50,407 nucleotides of DNA, from NCBI GenBank assembly GCA_019828565.1, contig JAHDYR010000060.1, forward strand, positions 1 through 50,407, given 5' to 3'. The translations under genes and the position numbers were made by a program. Under the pieces are notes generated by a model. That model searched no databases and was not told where the DNA came from. It was given only the letters and a program-made list of their open reading frames with translations. Of this stretch, positions 1-10,695 are shown piece by piece (positions within the stretch are counted from its first letter, which is position 1; each line of letters opens with the position of its first letter). The DNA is from Carpediemonas membranifera BICM (taxonomy: Eukaryota > Protista > Fornicata).

Positions 1-262
1 CTGGACAACCTTCGGCGGGTGAGCAGATTCACTGCTGCTGTCTTGAGTCAGAGCAGTGGATGAGCATACGGGAGGACACGCAGCAGGAGTACACGCCCAG
101 CAGATCTCATCTTGACCAGTTTTTCTCCGGCTTATTCAGGACATTTTTCGGGTTCATCACAACTCACACGTCGCTTGAGCGGGAAGAAGACTATATGGAG
201 TGCGTGCTGTCTGAAGATGATGACGGGGTTTGAGCTTAGCTTTGCTGCCCTATGCCGTGAGT
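1..262 (+). CDS. C-terminal fragment of the family A putative transposase (frameshifted)
   Basis: Translation LDNLRRV/IHCCCLESEQWMSIRED...THTSLEREEDYMECVL aligns by eye with the element B ORF C-terminus LNRLRRVRVHQCCRQARSWFAIRSH...DYTALAWDEESGVMVCEL. Same position, just upstream of the GNAT gene. Confidence 0.65.
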
Positions 263-468
263 AGAGATAGAAAAAGGCTGAGATTGTAAAAAGCATGATT
301 GATGAGAATACATTTCAGCTTGCCGGGAAAGATAATGCGCCCATAATACTTTTGCCTGACCTACTCGTCGAATGTCGTGAATTGACTTCAAATTCGTTTT
401 GTGCTCACTCATGGTGGCACAAATGCAGTTTGCGAAATCAGTGAAAAATTTCAGCAGAAGCGTGAAAC

Positions 469-1461
469 ATGCCTAACGACGAGACTGGAAGAACACGATA
501 TTGGCCGCGATGGCTGTCACCCTAGTATATGTACTACTGGACGACAACAGCCAGTATGTGCACAGCGTACTGTCCTTCCTGTCGTCATTTCATCGTTACG
601 GAAATGCTCGGTGCCATTGAGACTGAACAACACCCTGTATGACCCACCCCAAGCTCTTGCACTAGCATGATCGCTATTGTCAGCACCACCACCAACGACA
701 TCGTCTCTATGCTGCTCATGGTACACAGGAGGGCATTTCGGGTGTGCCGAACTTCAGAGTAAGTACGTCGTTACTCTTGGCACGTGAAGGTGGCCCACCG
801 AGGCAAGGGATATGCGTCAATCCTGCTCGCTGTTGCGTCTGCCGGCGCCAAGCTCAGGCTCCAGTGTGATGAGACTGTCCGGAGTTCTACAAGGGCTTGG
901 ATTCGTGACATCGCTACCTGCAGCGGAATTGGAGTCTATCGAGGATACCTCCAGCCCGAGCTACACGTTGGAGGCAGCGCTCTCTGGCACCAAGTGGGAG
1001 GCTTTGGGTCAGTCTCTTGCCGACTGTGTTGGGTGTGTGAGGGAGATCACCACATTTCTCCACAGCGCGGGTAGACGCTTATCAGCGTCGTCAGGGCTTG
1101 CGGCACCTCATTTCCCCACCCCCAGCCTTCCAATGATCCTGCCTCATCTCGCCGACAACCCGCCCCCAACCCACCCCATGCCCGAAAGCCCGAACGAGTA
1201 AGTACATCACACTGGACTCAGACGGAGGATGACTTGACGATGGCAATGAAGAAGAAGCTCAAGTCGATCAAGGAGGCGAGCAAGCAAAAGTCCACAAACA
1301 CCACGAGAAGCACCCAGCGGAAGATGATCCTCAAGCATATCGAGGAGGGTCACCTCGTCTTCGTTATCAAGATGGCTGCTCTCCGGTCTTACTACAGATC
1401 GCACGCAGATCGCAAGAAAGATAACTACTGGGAAGCCGCGTGGAATATTGAGTATGAGTAA
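469..1461 (+). CDS. GNAT-family acetyltransferase (intron 637-665; frameshifts/stop)
   Basis: Acetyl-CoA motif A-like VAHRGKGYASILL. Blocks RLQCD, KWEALGQSLADCVG and KKDNYWEAAWNI match the element B paralog (RLQCD, KWTNLGKSLTECCG, KKANFWDSEWNI). Confidence 0.7.
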
Positions 1462-1475
1462 AGTCACATGATGAT

Positions 1476-2233
1476 TTAATCAGTCTCTGGGGTCTGCTTA
1501 GTAGACTGGATCATGTAGAACATCATGATCGTCTCGTAGATCTTGCGACGTATGGCATCGCGCTGCTCCGCCTCCACACGCTTCCCGGTTCTGCGCGACA
1601 ATGATATCACCGAGCTCCTCCACGGAAGAATAGGACCTCTTCGGGACCAGTGTGGGTCGCTTGAAGATCTCAGTGGCGTCGGAGGACTGGGTGTTGGCAT
1701 GGAGGATGTGCCGGATCGTCTCCGTGGGGATGTCGAGCCGAGAAGACACGAACTGGTGCACCTCCTCCCTCAGGCCAGCGGGAATCTTGAGGAAAAAGAT
1801 CCCTGTGCGACTTAACGCAGGCCATGAGGGGTCATCAGGGCGAAGCTCGTCTTCGTCGTCGCCGTCGAGGCTGACCAGAGCCGCAAAACGCTTCAGGGCG
1901 CCATTATCGCCATCTCCGGTGTAGGCCGCCTCAATATCCCTCACGGTGGCGTGCCTGTAATCGTTGTTGTCGCGGGCTGACGTGGGATTCAGGTCACGGA
2001 CGTCCTGGTCGCGCCCCAGGTTGTTTTGCCTCCGTCACGATCTTGTTTGCCCTCTCAATCTCGCCCGGATCCTCGAGAGAGTTGATGAAGGATTGGACAA
2101 GGTCCAATGCAGCCATAGTGATCTTGCGCTGCTTCTTCGACAAGTTCAACTGCTTCTGGTTGCGAGCACCAAGCTTCCTTCTCTGCGCGTTAGGCCTTTT
2201 CGGCACTCTTGCCTTCGGATTACTCCTTGCCAT
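1476..2233 (-). CDS. Basic-N-terminus hypothetical protein, homolog of 38097-38858 (split over three ORFs)
   Basis: VQSFI..IERAN, RFAALVSLD, IFKRPT and RDAIRRKIYETIM match VQTFI..ITRAN, RFKALLSLD, IFARPT and RDALRRKVYQAIM in 38097-38858. Confidence 0.75.
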
Positions 2234-2354
2234 GATTGTTTCCTTTAAAATGCGCGTGAAATCTCAGTGAAATTTTTGCACTTTAGGGAAACAACTGCGA
2301 AACATCAGGGCAAAGTGATGATGAAGAACAAGTAGCGCCATTACAACAGCATGT

Positions 2355-2676
2355 AACGGGTTTATAGCATGCATATGATCCATTCTGATGCCTTTATCCT
2401 CTATAACCAACATAAGTCCATCAAAATGAATCTTGCAACAGAGTACTCATCCACACGCATCGAGAACGAAAAATAAGCATATAACCAACATCAACAACCT
2501 AATAGAAGGCTGCATGCAAGCGTAGAGCTCTCCTAGTCGATTCTTCATTTTCACAAGCATCGATCTCCACGTCCTGATGAAACCGTGCGCTCAAAAGCTC
2601 AGAGATGCCGTTATAGATGATATAACGACGTCTCTGAGCTTTTCAGCGATTTCAGTTTCTGGCCACCTCCAAGTTC
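2355..2676. repeat. Conserved noncoding block (copies at ~35652-35973 and ~38946-39256) containing a long hairpin
   Basis: Near-identical sequence in three places. Includes AAAAGCTCAGAGATGCCGTTATA-GATGA-TATAACGACGTCTCTGAGCTTTT at 2593-2643. Confidence 0.9.
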
Positions 2677-2682
2677 GGCTCT

Positions 2683-2750
2683 GCGAAAATAACAGTGCAT
2701 TGCACTATAAGTCATACATTTGGAATACAGCAATGCACTGTTATTTTCGC
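2683..2750. repeat. Perfect 21-bp inverted repeat
   Basis: GCGAAAATAACAGTGCATTGC (2683-2703) / GCAATGCACTGTTATTTTCGC (2730-2750). A third variant arm lies at ~3171-3191. Confidence 0.9.
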
Positions 2751-3192
2751 CAAAACCACGCTGACCTACCATTGTCCATGGGCTTGACGGGGGGTGATCT
2801 TCTCGGCTTGGATTTGGCTGAAACTTGGTATATGTGTAGTATTTGATATGTTAGGACGGATCCAAGATTTTTACATATCGTTCGAGTCTATTTACCGAGA
2901 TATACGTAAAAGCAAAAATTAGGGTTGAGTCTATTCTGGCTGAAAAGCGGTCTGGTGGGTTCTCTGACTGTCTGAACACGGCTCCAGAAGTTTTTACGTG
3001 ATGAATTGGCATATTTATATTGCTTTGCGTAGACAGAAAAATTTTGACAGTACCTACAATCAACTACCTGCATATACATGCTATAAACATGCTTAAAATG
3101 CCTTCAGTCGCACGTGCTAATACTAAAAGCTCTTCCTGCATCTTATTTCGACAGAACAAAAATATTCACTGTGAAAATAACACTGCATTGCT

Positions 3193-4817
3193 GTGAAATT
3201 TTGGAAAAAGATGCTAGATATCACTATTCTACGCAGCTGGATTCGTGAGCATCATGAGAAGACCGTTAGGATTGCTTTTGCTGCACCTGGTCAAGAGCGT
3301 AAGGCTATTCGAGCAGATAAGAGTATGTTCGAGAGATGGTTCGCACTCCGGACGAATAAGAGCCGATTGGAGTACCTCAAGGAGCACAACGTGATAACGA
3401 AGACAGCCCTGAGATGCGCGCTGGTCGACCACATCGTCATTGACGAGATTCGTGATGTGTTTGGTCTCGCTGGCCGAGTTTCACTAATGGATCTCATCAA
3501 CAAGGCTTCCCTTCCCGAGCTCATGGCCATTAGTGACGACCTTGCCCGGCCCGAGCTGTCTAAGGTTCCTGCAGGCTTGTTTATGGAGGATGATCAGGTT
3601 GAAATCGTGCGGGAAGCAGTTTGTTGACCACTACACCGGATCAGCGATCACCTTTGAGGATAACCGCGAGGCTGTCATGCCGTCACATCGTGGCTCTATT
3701 CATCTAGAAGGAACAGGCCGTCTCTTTCTTCCAGATCAAGTCAACCTGATCCTTCGCGCTCTCTTCGTCGCCCCTGAGGGCACTGTCGAGGCCCGCCGCG
3801 TGCATGCTCCCCTACGAGGACATTCTTTCTGGTTGCAAGAATGATCCGGGAAGCGATGTGACATCAGCCCAGCTTGAGCGGTTGCGTCGAGATGTTGCCA
3901 AGGCAGCCGCCGAAGCTATTCAGGCAAGGAATGACCGCGAGGAAGCCATACACTCGCTTGAACTCGTTACTGCATCCTATGCGCAAGATACAGGGCATGC
4001 CTATGTGACACCACCCGCCAGCGACGCCGTGGAATTTTCCGACACTGACGAGTCCGAGTCCGATGGCCACTCTGAACCGGCCGCCATGCATGGTGACGGC
4101 GTTCCGTTGCCCCAGACTGATCAAGACGTCGACGTAGAGTCCGATGTGGACGACACAGACACCGTTGGTTCTCTCCTTCAGCAGCTAGACGACACCAGTG
4201 CAGGCCTTGATGATGTACCCGAGTCTGTGCGCTTGTTGGAGCAGTACGAGCCCTTGATGAAACGGCTTGCTGAGGAGAGGGAGGCTAGGGAGGCGCTTGA
4301 ACAGGCTAACAGAGATTCTGAGGAGTCCCAGAAGAGACTTGAAGCTGAGTTAGGTCAGCAGAAGGCCGAGGATCAGGCGATCCATCAGTTTACTCAAGAA
4401 GAGTTGGCACGGGCGAGTGAGGCTGGGCTTGAAGCGCTCGCCGATGAACTCGAGGACAACTGGGCTGAGCTTGTCAGGCGCGCCGAGGAGGCAACAGTGG
4501 AGCTTGACCGCTACGTTCCTCTCGCTGCCTTGATGGTACTGTTCCAGAGGAACAATGTGACTGGAGCCTTATGGACTCGGATCAATAGCACCATGATGAG
4601 GTACGGGGGCCAGAAGTTCATAACGGTCCCACCCCTCGACCTCGGTCTGTCGCCAGAGATGAAGGCTATCATCAACCAGCACTCTCCGGCGGTCGACCTG
4701 CCGCCAGATATGAGCAGCAAGGAGCACTCATCTCCTGCCGATGTTACTCCTATGCATATATTCCTACGTCGCGATGGTAAGAGCAAGGCCCGTGCGACGA
4801 CTTCGGAGAAACTCTAA
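3193..4817 (+). CDS. Acidic coiled-coil protein (frameshifted), paralog of 39539-41715 but without the OTU-like domain
   Basis: ORFs 3193-3627, 3533-3844 and 3804-4817 overlap in tandem. 4032-4688 is near-identical to 40380-41036. Confidence 0.7.
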
Positions 4818-4845
4818 GAGAGTAAAGTGATTGATCAGACATGAT

Positions 4846-5619
4846 TTACTTCTTCTTCTTAATTCCCGCGCGCTGAGGTTGACGTAAACTGGGATACATC
4901 CTCTTCAAGTTGGAGATGTACCGCTTGTCAGTCATTTCGAGGGCCCGAAAGTGAGCCACTTCGACTTTCTTGACCTCCGAATCCTTCCAGTAGTCCTCCT
5001 GATAGTCAATGCGAAGGAACTCATCCTTCTCGATGCGCTTATTGGCATACACACCAAGAACAGGGAGGCCGCAGAGCACGCCCTCGCTGCATACACAGTT
5101 ATAGTCATCGCTGTGATTGATCAGGTGGACTCCACTGGCGTAGGATAGCTCAGTGGAGTCCACACGCACCTTGTTCCAAAAAGGAGATTCTATGTAAATG
5201 AAATAAAGGGTAACAAACACCATCGACGTGTTGCTGGCGAGGTATTCTTCCTCTGAGAGGAGCTGGCCACAGTAGACGCCGAGGAAGGTCCCCTCTTTGA
5301 CCTCCTGGACAGCCATCATCCCTCTGCCAACATGCCCAGTCTCGGCGTCACGGGCTGGTTGCTCCTTAACGACCTCGAGGAAGGGAGCGCAGCAAGACTC
5401 GGCCGCCGGCAGCCAGTCAGGCATCACATAGACGCGGGTGATGCCGTGACACTTCTTCCGGAGATCGGATATCTCCTCATCAGTGGCACCTGGGTAAATT
5501 CGATGGACAACGTTTTGCGGGAGCGTCATCGGATCATCAAGCTGCTCGCTAGCATCAGCAGATGCGCTTGAATTGTCGCTGTCGATCGGGGGATGAGCTG
5601 GTGCCTTACTACGTGCCAT
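4846..5619 (-). CDS. SET-domain protein (putative lysine methyltransferase)
   Basis: GRGMMA..GTFLGVYCG, LINHS, EFLRIDY. Likely start MARSK at 5619. Candidate intron 5190-5218 matches the paralog's intron position but needs a compensating indel. Confidence 0.85.
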   Translation of the reverse strand: MARSKAPAHPPIDSDNSSASADASEQLDDPMTLPQNVVHRIYPGATDEEISDLRKKCHGITRVYVMPDWLPAAESCCAPFLEVVKEQPARDAETGHVGRGMMAVQEVKEGTFLGVYCGQLLSEEEYLASNTSMVFVTLYFIYIESPFWNKVRVDSTELSYASGVHLINHSDDYNCVCSEGVLCGLPVLGVYANKRIEKDEFLRIDYQEDYWKDSEVKKVEVAHFRALEMTDKRYISNLKRMYPSLRQPQRAGIKKKK

Positions 5620-5857
5620 TGAAGTCCTCTCGTTATGCGAAAAAGCCAATTTTCGCAAAAACATCTTGTGAAAATATCGCGAAAGTTTCTGAAACACTGC
5701 TAAACGCCTATTGCTGACGTACACATGAATGGGAATGGATTTATGCAAAAGATGAAACAACATATTCCAGGTTTTTATAGGCCAAAAACTTCAGCTATCA
5801 GGCCGTACTGTGCTTGTGCCAATTTTTTTCATGGTGGCACATTCTGAAATTTGTGAA

Positions 5858-6852
5858 ATGAGCGAAGAACTGCCGCTTGTGTTCAATGAGAACGCTGTAA
5901 GAGCCGTAGAAGGCTCTGATAAGGTGCTTGAGTGTGTTTGCGGCAAAGAGACAAGCGTCGCGGCTATCGAGGAATTGGTATCCTCCCTCATCACCCTCCG
6001 GACAGCTTGACAAGGTTCCACTCCTGCCCGCTCACTCTGGACAACCTTGTCAACCGTCGCGTGCTCGTTGTTCTTGAGCCAGAGAACGGGTTCGCCTCCT
6101 CTCGCGACTCATTCGCCGTGTTCCACCTTGAGCACATGCCAGACGCGGCAGGGTACCATGTCAAGCTCAAGACGATCCTTGAGACCATGGGTGACCAGTA
6201 CCTCACAATCGAGGCCGTGTCGTTCTCCTCGACAGCAGATTTGGTTTCCAAATTGAGGACCCTGGCCGATCTTTACGCCAACTTCGACACGTATTGGGTC
6301 ATTTCTGGCCATACGGAGACTAGTACTTCTCGCTTGGTCATTGATGCGGCCACAAACGATGCCCTGTTCCTCCACAACTTTGTGGAGTTGATCACGGCCG
6401 CATTCAAGGAGCCTACAGTCGTCGATCAAACACGTGTGCGTATGATTTACTTCGCCACGTGTACTAGAGATAACGACACGGCCGAGACAACCGAGCTGAT
6501 GAAGACGATTTCGACGAAACCGTACAGGCACACCTGCATCATCCTCACTCCAGAGCAGGTACTGGCCAATGAGCTCCACCTGCAAGACTGCTTCTGGATT
6601 TATCGTACGCTGTGCATGGACAACCCCCTGCTGTTTCTGTCGAGGTACTTCTCAGGCTACCGCAACGCGCCGGGGGCTGCTGGGAGACGGCTGATTGCAA
6701 ATGGCTCATTAAGTAGCTGCAATGCGCCGATGCAGATCCTGGGTCCGACCAAGTATGTATCTTCTCTGCCTCTACCGTCTATTCGTGACCACTGTACCGG
6801 CATTACCGACTACAAACCACTGGAAACAAAACCCTTCCACTGTTCTAGATGA
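5858..6852 (+). CDS. Caspase-like (clan CD / CHAT-like) cysteine protease
   Basis: Strand-His YWVISGH and strand-Cys MIYFATC, conserved in the paralog at 42736 (FWVVSGH, LIYFATC). One frameshift near the start. Confidence 0.6.
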
Positions 6853-6925
6853 GCGGTTCATCACTCAAATGACGCAGAGACACGCACATGCCACTCGCAC
6901 GATCCATTAAAAGTTCTACACTTGT

Positions 6926-8038
6926 TTACCACTTCATTTTGACCACATGATCGTCATAGACGCTTCTGCACATCTTACACAGGCGAATCGTGAACACTCT
7001 TTGATCAAGCCTTGCCTCTAGTTCAGTTATGTGGGTCGGGCACATCCACTTGAGGCAGGCATAGCATGACATCAGTTCGCTGGTCTTCTTCTGAGTCTTG
7101 TGATCACTTGTGCACGCTTCGCACCGGTTCTTCGACTGCTTGCAGCATGGGCACTGGACCTTAGACCCAGCTTTGCCAGGTCTGTGGCAATGCTTGTGCA
7201 TGAAACGCTTGCAAGAGCTGCAAGTTACAAAGTCGCGGACATTTGGATTCCACCACCAGTCGGGGAGCACGGCACACGACGCAGGCATATATCAGCGATC
7301 TCTGGTAGAGAGTAGCCAGAGAGTGTACGTCGGAGGGGGGCTGATCGGACTCGGAGATGGGTTCCGTGTGACTCTGGCCGAACTTATTACTGATACGCTT
7401 GATGACAGCGGCCGAAACTATCTCAGCAAGCATTTCTGGATCAAGTCGGGCTCGTTTGGCCGCGGTCTCCACCTCATCCAGACGAAGTTCAAGCCTTCGG
7501 CGAGCAGTCGTGACCAGAGCTTCATCCTCGTCTGAGATCTCGTACTCCATGATCTGAGATAGCTTTCGTTTCCTGGCGAGCAGATGGTAGCTCGGCCTTG
7601 ATCGAGAGGAGGGGGGGTGGAACCAGAAGAAATGGGAGGAACGGCGGACGGATCAGGATCATTCTTGGCTCTGGGCGGACGATAAGTGACAAGCGTGGGC
7701 CAGGTGATGCCCTCAAGCTGAACTTGATTTGATACGTCAGGCTTGTCGATCGCCTTCAGTATGCTAGCGAGCTGAGCGCGGAAGCTACTGAGCTGAGGTT
7801 GACTGGCAAGACAAAGCCTGTGCGCTACGCCGTTATTGACCTCCTCTGTTCCAAAATGGTCGTTTTGGAAGGTCTTGATTGCGGCAATCGCTGCGTGCGA
7901 GGTTCTATCGGCGAACAGATAGCCCTTGATGTCTGGGACCAGTTTCAGAAGGCGTTCCTGAATAATGCGCAGGCATTGGTGCATGTCGGCCGTGGAAAGA
8001 CCCATGCCGCTGGTGACCGTCGTGTCAAAAAAATGCAT
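6926..8038 (-). CDS. PHD-finger protein with a second Cys/His cluster (frameshifted over three ORFs)
   Basis: CVVC...CSSCKRFMHKHC...CPCC gives a C4HC3 pattern. Homologous to 48239-49441 (GITWP/GIQWP, PDWWWNPN/PEWYFNPN). Confidence 0.75.
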
Positions 8039-8171
8039 TGAGGTATGCCGAATAAAGATTGGCCCGGAAATACCTTGGCTTATCTCCTGTTACGCGTTTA
8101 GCTGCCGCAGGTTCTTGTATTACAGGAATGTCCATCCGCGAAATTCTGACATAAACTGCGAATTTCACCAA

Positions 8172-8387
8172 ATGGAACTGCGGCGCGGAGGCATCAATGT
8201 TACTGAATTAACAGTAAAGAACATGTATGAAGTGTGTAAGATAGAAGAAAGTCTCAAAAAGATCCGCGAAAACAATTTTCAAGCCAAATTGGACATTTCT
8301 ATAGACGACACAGTCTCTGACATGTTTTTGGCCATCGAAAATCTCCGAAAGAAGCTTGTGCTTGTGCTACATAACTCTGATGTTTGA
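8172..8387 (+). CDS. Small helical protein, homolog of 49512-49691
   Basis: EVCKIEESLKKIR..DMF versus EVGKIQDSVREIR..DMF, in the syntenic position. Confidence 0.5.
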   Translation: MELRRGGINVTELTVKNMYEVCKIEESLKKIRENNFQAKLDISIDDTVSDMFLAIENLRKKLVLVLHNSDV

Positions 8388-8667
8388 TAAATGGACAATT
8401 CAATTGAAAAAGTTGCGTTTAGATTGTTGAAACTCTTAACGCTTGAAACATGGTTGTATGAGCCTGATTGGTCACATTAAGCGCCTCAAGCTGCTTCAGC
8501 ACAATCTCTTTCACGTTCTCGCATGAAAATGAGAAAGAGATTGTGCTGAATCTGTGTTGAACCGTTGTTTTGTGACAATTCATGACAATTTGAAGCAATC
8601 AACGCAAAATTATGTAACAAAAACACATCAGATGATCGTTTAATGCTGTACCACAGGTGTTACATCA

Positions 8668-8967
8668 TCATCTGATCCATGGTAGTGGAGACTCTTGACT
8701 CAGTGGAGAATGGTGGCCAGGAGAAGAAGGCGGACTGCCAACGGGCGTGGCAGAGGCTGAAGACGACGGCTGAGTGGGAGCAGGTTGGGTGGGGGGTGGC
8801 GTTGACGACGAAGAGGTGGATGGAGACGGGCACGGAGATGGATACGGCGAGCTGTACGGCATACGCCTTACTGGAAGCGGCATCTCCGGCCACTTGACGA
8901 ACCTGCACCGCCGGGCAGTTAAATCTTGAGGCCTCTTCTTGATCTGCCTTGGTTTCGTCCTTGGCAT
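8668..8967 (-). CDS. Small Ser/Pro-rich protein with basic N-terminus (MPRTKPRQIKK)
   Basis: GC-rich ORF between AT-rich spacers, with TGTGAAAA motifs just upstream on its strand. Confidence 0.5.
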   Translation of the reverse strand: MPRTKPRQIKKRPQDLTARRCRFVKWPEMPLPVRRMPYSSPYPSPCPSPSTSSSSTPPPTQPAPTQPSSSASATPVGSPPSSPGHHSPLSQESPLPWIR

Positions 8968-9038
8968 CGCTCTGTGCAGAATTAGCCACAGTTTTTCACA
9001 CAATTTTCACACAAAATTTACACGTTTTCAAATAATCT

Positions 9039-10346
9039 TTACTTCCGATCAATCATCGCAATAAACTGCCTGTGGAGTCTTCCGCTTACACCTTTTGCGC
9101 ACTTATTGGTGCTCACCTGCCTGTATCCCTTGTGGCATGTGTCACAGCTGACGTTCTCGCGTCCATGAAGGTCTCTACCACACACTATGCAGCGCCGATA
9201 GAAGACTTGACCCTCAAACCCCCGTTGGCAGCAGTCGACCATTCTCTTTCGCTGATCTACAGAGAGTAAGACCTGTTCAGTATCATCCAAGAGGAGCGGA
9301 CTGGTCTTGGCGACGCATTCATGCACGCGCATGATGACCTTGAGCTTGTCAAGACATTCGGCAGCAGTGGGACGCTTTGTTGGGTCGAAGTGGAGCATCT
9401 GCATTGCCAGGTCGTACAGGCTGAGACAAGTAGGTGGCGTGGTGCCGCGAATCGGGAGCTCAGAGTTCACGTTGACACACTCGAGGCAATCTTTGAAATG
9501 TGTCTGTGCCTGAGGTGACAACTGCAACTGCCCACCATAGAATTGGCACCAGTTCAGCAAGCTACCAAGCTTCAGCATCTTCTTCTTCTTCTTGTTGTCG
9601 ATCTGCGCCATGTTTGCACCCATGTCAGTCACCTTCGCGGCAAAGGGGGACTTGGGGAGACCGTAAAAGAGCATCATAATGACTACACCGCACGAGTAAA
9701 TGTCGGAGGCAGGTGTGACGACATAAGAACAGGCGGGAAGAGCCGATGCAGTCATTCGCGTGAGCTTGGAGGTCTCGTATGGCGCTCTTTGAACTTCCGG
9801 AATGACCGAACGCGCAGCGAGACACTCTTTGAACATCTCTGGGGGTAAATACCCATGCGTGCCGCGATATTCGGATGCTGATTTCAGTTGTATGACCCAG
9901 TTCTCGTCGCTACAAGCCGGCTTCGTCATAGCAGAACCAAAGTCAATGAGGTATCCCTTCTGGTCTGTGCTAAAAAGAAAGTTGTCGGGCTTAATATCGC
10001 AATGAGCAACTCCGTGGTCATGCATGAAGCATACAGACTGCAGTAGATGCGAAACGTAGCGGAACTGAAGGCTGGGCTCAGCCTTACAGAGGTCGACGAA
10101 GAAGATTTGGTCGACATGAGGAGTCATGAAGGCTGGGACATGGTCTACAAAGCCTGTATCGACGACAGGGAGGACATGCGGACTGTCCTTGAGCGCTAGC
10201 AGGGTGGGAACCTCCATATCGTAGTGCTCATCAATCTTGATCACGACCTTCAGCTTGTCAGCTCCAAACTCGTGCAGATACCGTCTACTATTACCACGTG
10301 AGGAAGTCTGTTGCTCCAGCTTCTCACTATCGAGCTCGAACACCAT
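9039..10346 (-). CDS. Ser/Thr protein kinase with C-terminal CxxC..CxxC
   Basis: VVIK, HCDIKPDN, DFG, GTHGYLPPE, SDIYSCG, RPTAAECL. Confidence 0.92.
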   Translation of the reverse strand: MVFELDSEKLEQQTSSRGNSRRYLHEFGADKLKVVIKIDEHYDMEVPTLLALKDSPHVLPVVDTGFVDHVPAFMTPHVDQIFFVDLCKAEPSLQFRYVSHLLQSVCFMHDHGVAHCDIKPDNFLFSTDQKGYLIDFGSAMTKPACSDENWVIQLKSASEYRGTHGYLPPEMFKECLAARSVIPEVQRAPYETSKLTRMTASALPACSYVVTPASDIYSCGVVIMMLFYGLPKSPFAAKVTDMGANMAQIDNKKKKKMLKLGSLLNWCQFYGGQLQLSPQAQTHFKDCLECVNVNSELPIRGTTPPTCLSLYDLAMQMLHFDPTKRPTAAECLDKLKVIMRVHECVAKTSPLLLDDTEQVLLSVDQRKRMVDCCQRGFEGQVFYRRCIVCGRDLHGRENVSCDTCHKGYRQVSTNKCAKGVSGRLHRQFIAMIDRK

Positions 10347-10404
10347 GCACAGGTAGCTGTGCGAAATACGGTCTTAAAGTGCATTTTGCGACAGCTACCT
10401 GTGC
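10347..10404. repeat. Inverted repeat abutting the kinase start codon (second copy 37132-37189)
   Basis: GCACAGGTAGCTGT / ACAGCTACCTGTGC perfect 14-bp arms with a further imperfect stem. Confidence 0.85.
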
Positions 10405-10695
10405 GTCGCTACGAGGGAAGCAGCAGCGGAAATAAAGACAGGAGTAGCTTATGGATAGCATTTATCGACAACCTCAGTGATTCTCTTGGCGAACAGTAGT
10501 CTCAGTGCAGAGAAGCATTTCGTGAAAATGTGTGAAAAATGCAGAAGCTCACAGATGCATGGAAAGCATGTATAGTGATGTCCTGTACATCCAGGGGTGT
10601 TCAGTGCCATCTCTTTCGTTTTCTTGCGCCTTGTGAAAATGGTGAAAAGATTTCACTGAATCTAATGTTTTCACCATTTTTTTTCGTGAAAACGG

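Noticed and set aside
8780-8870. RNA polymerase II CTD mimic (YSSPYPSPCPSPST)
   Set aside because: No true YSPTSPS heptads; low-complexity Ser/Pro sequence explains it.
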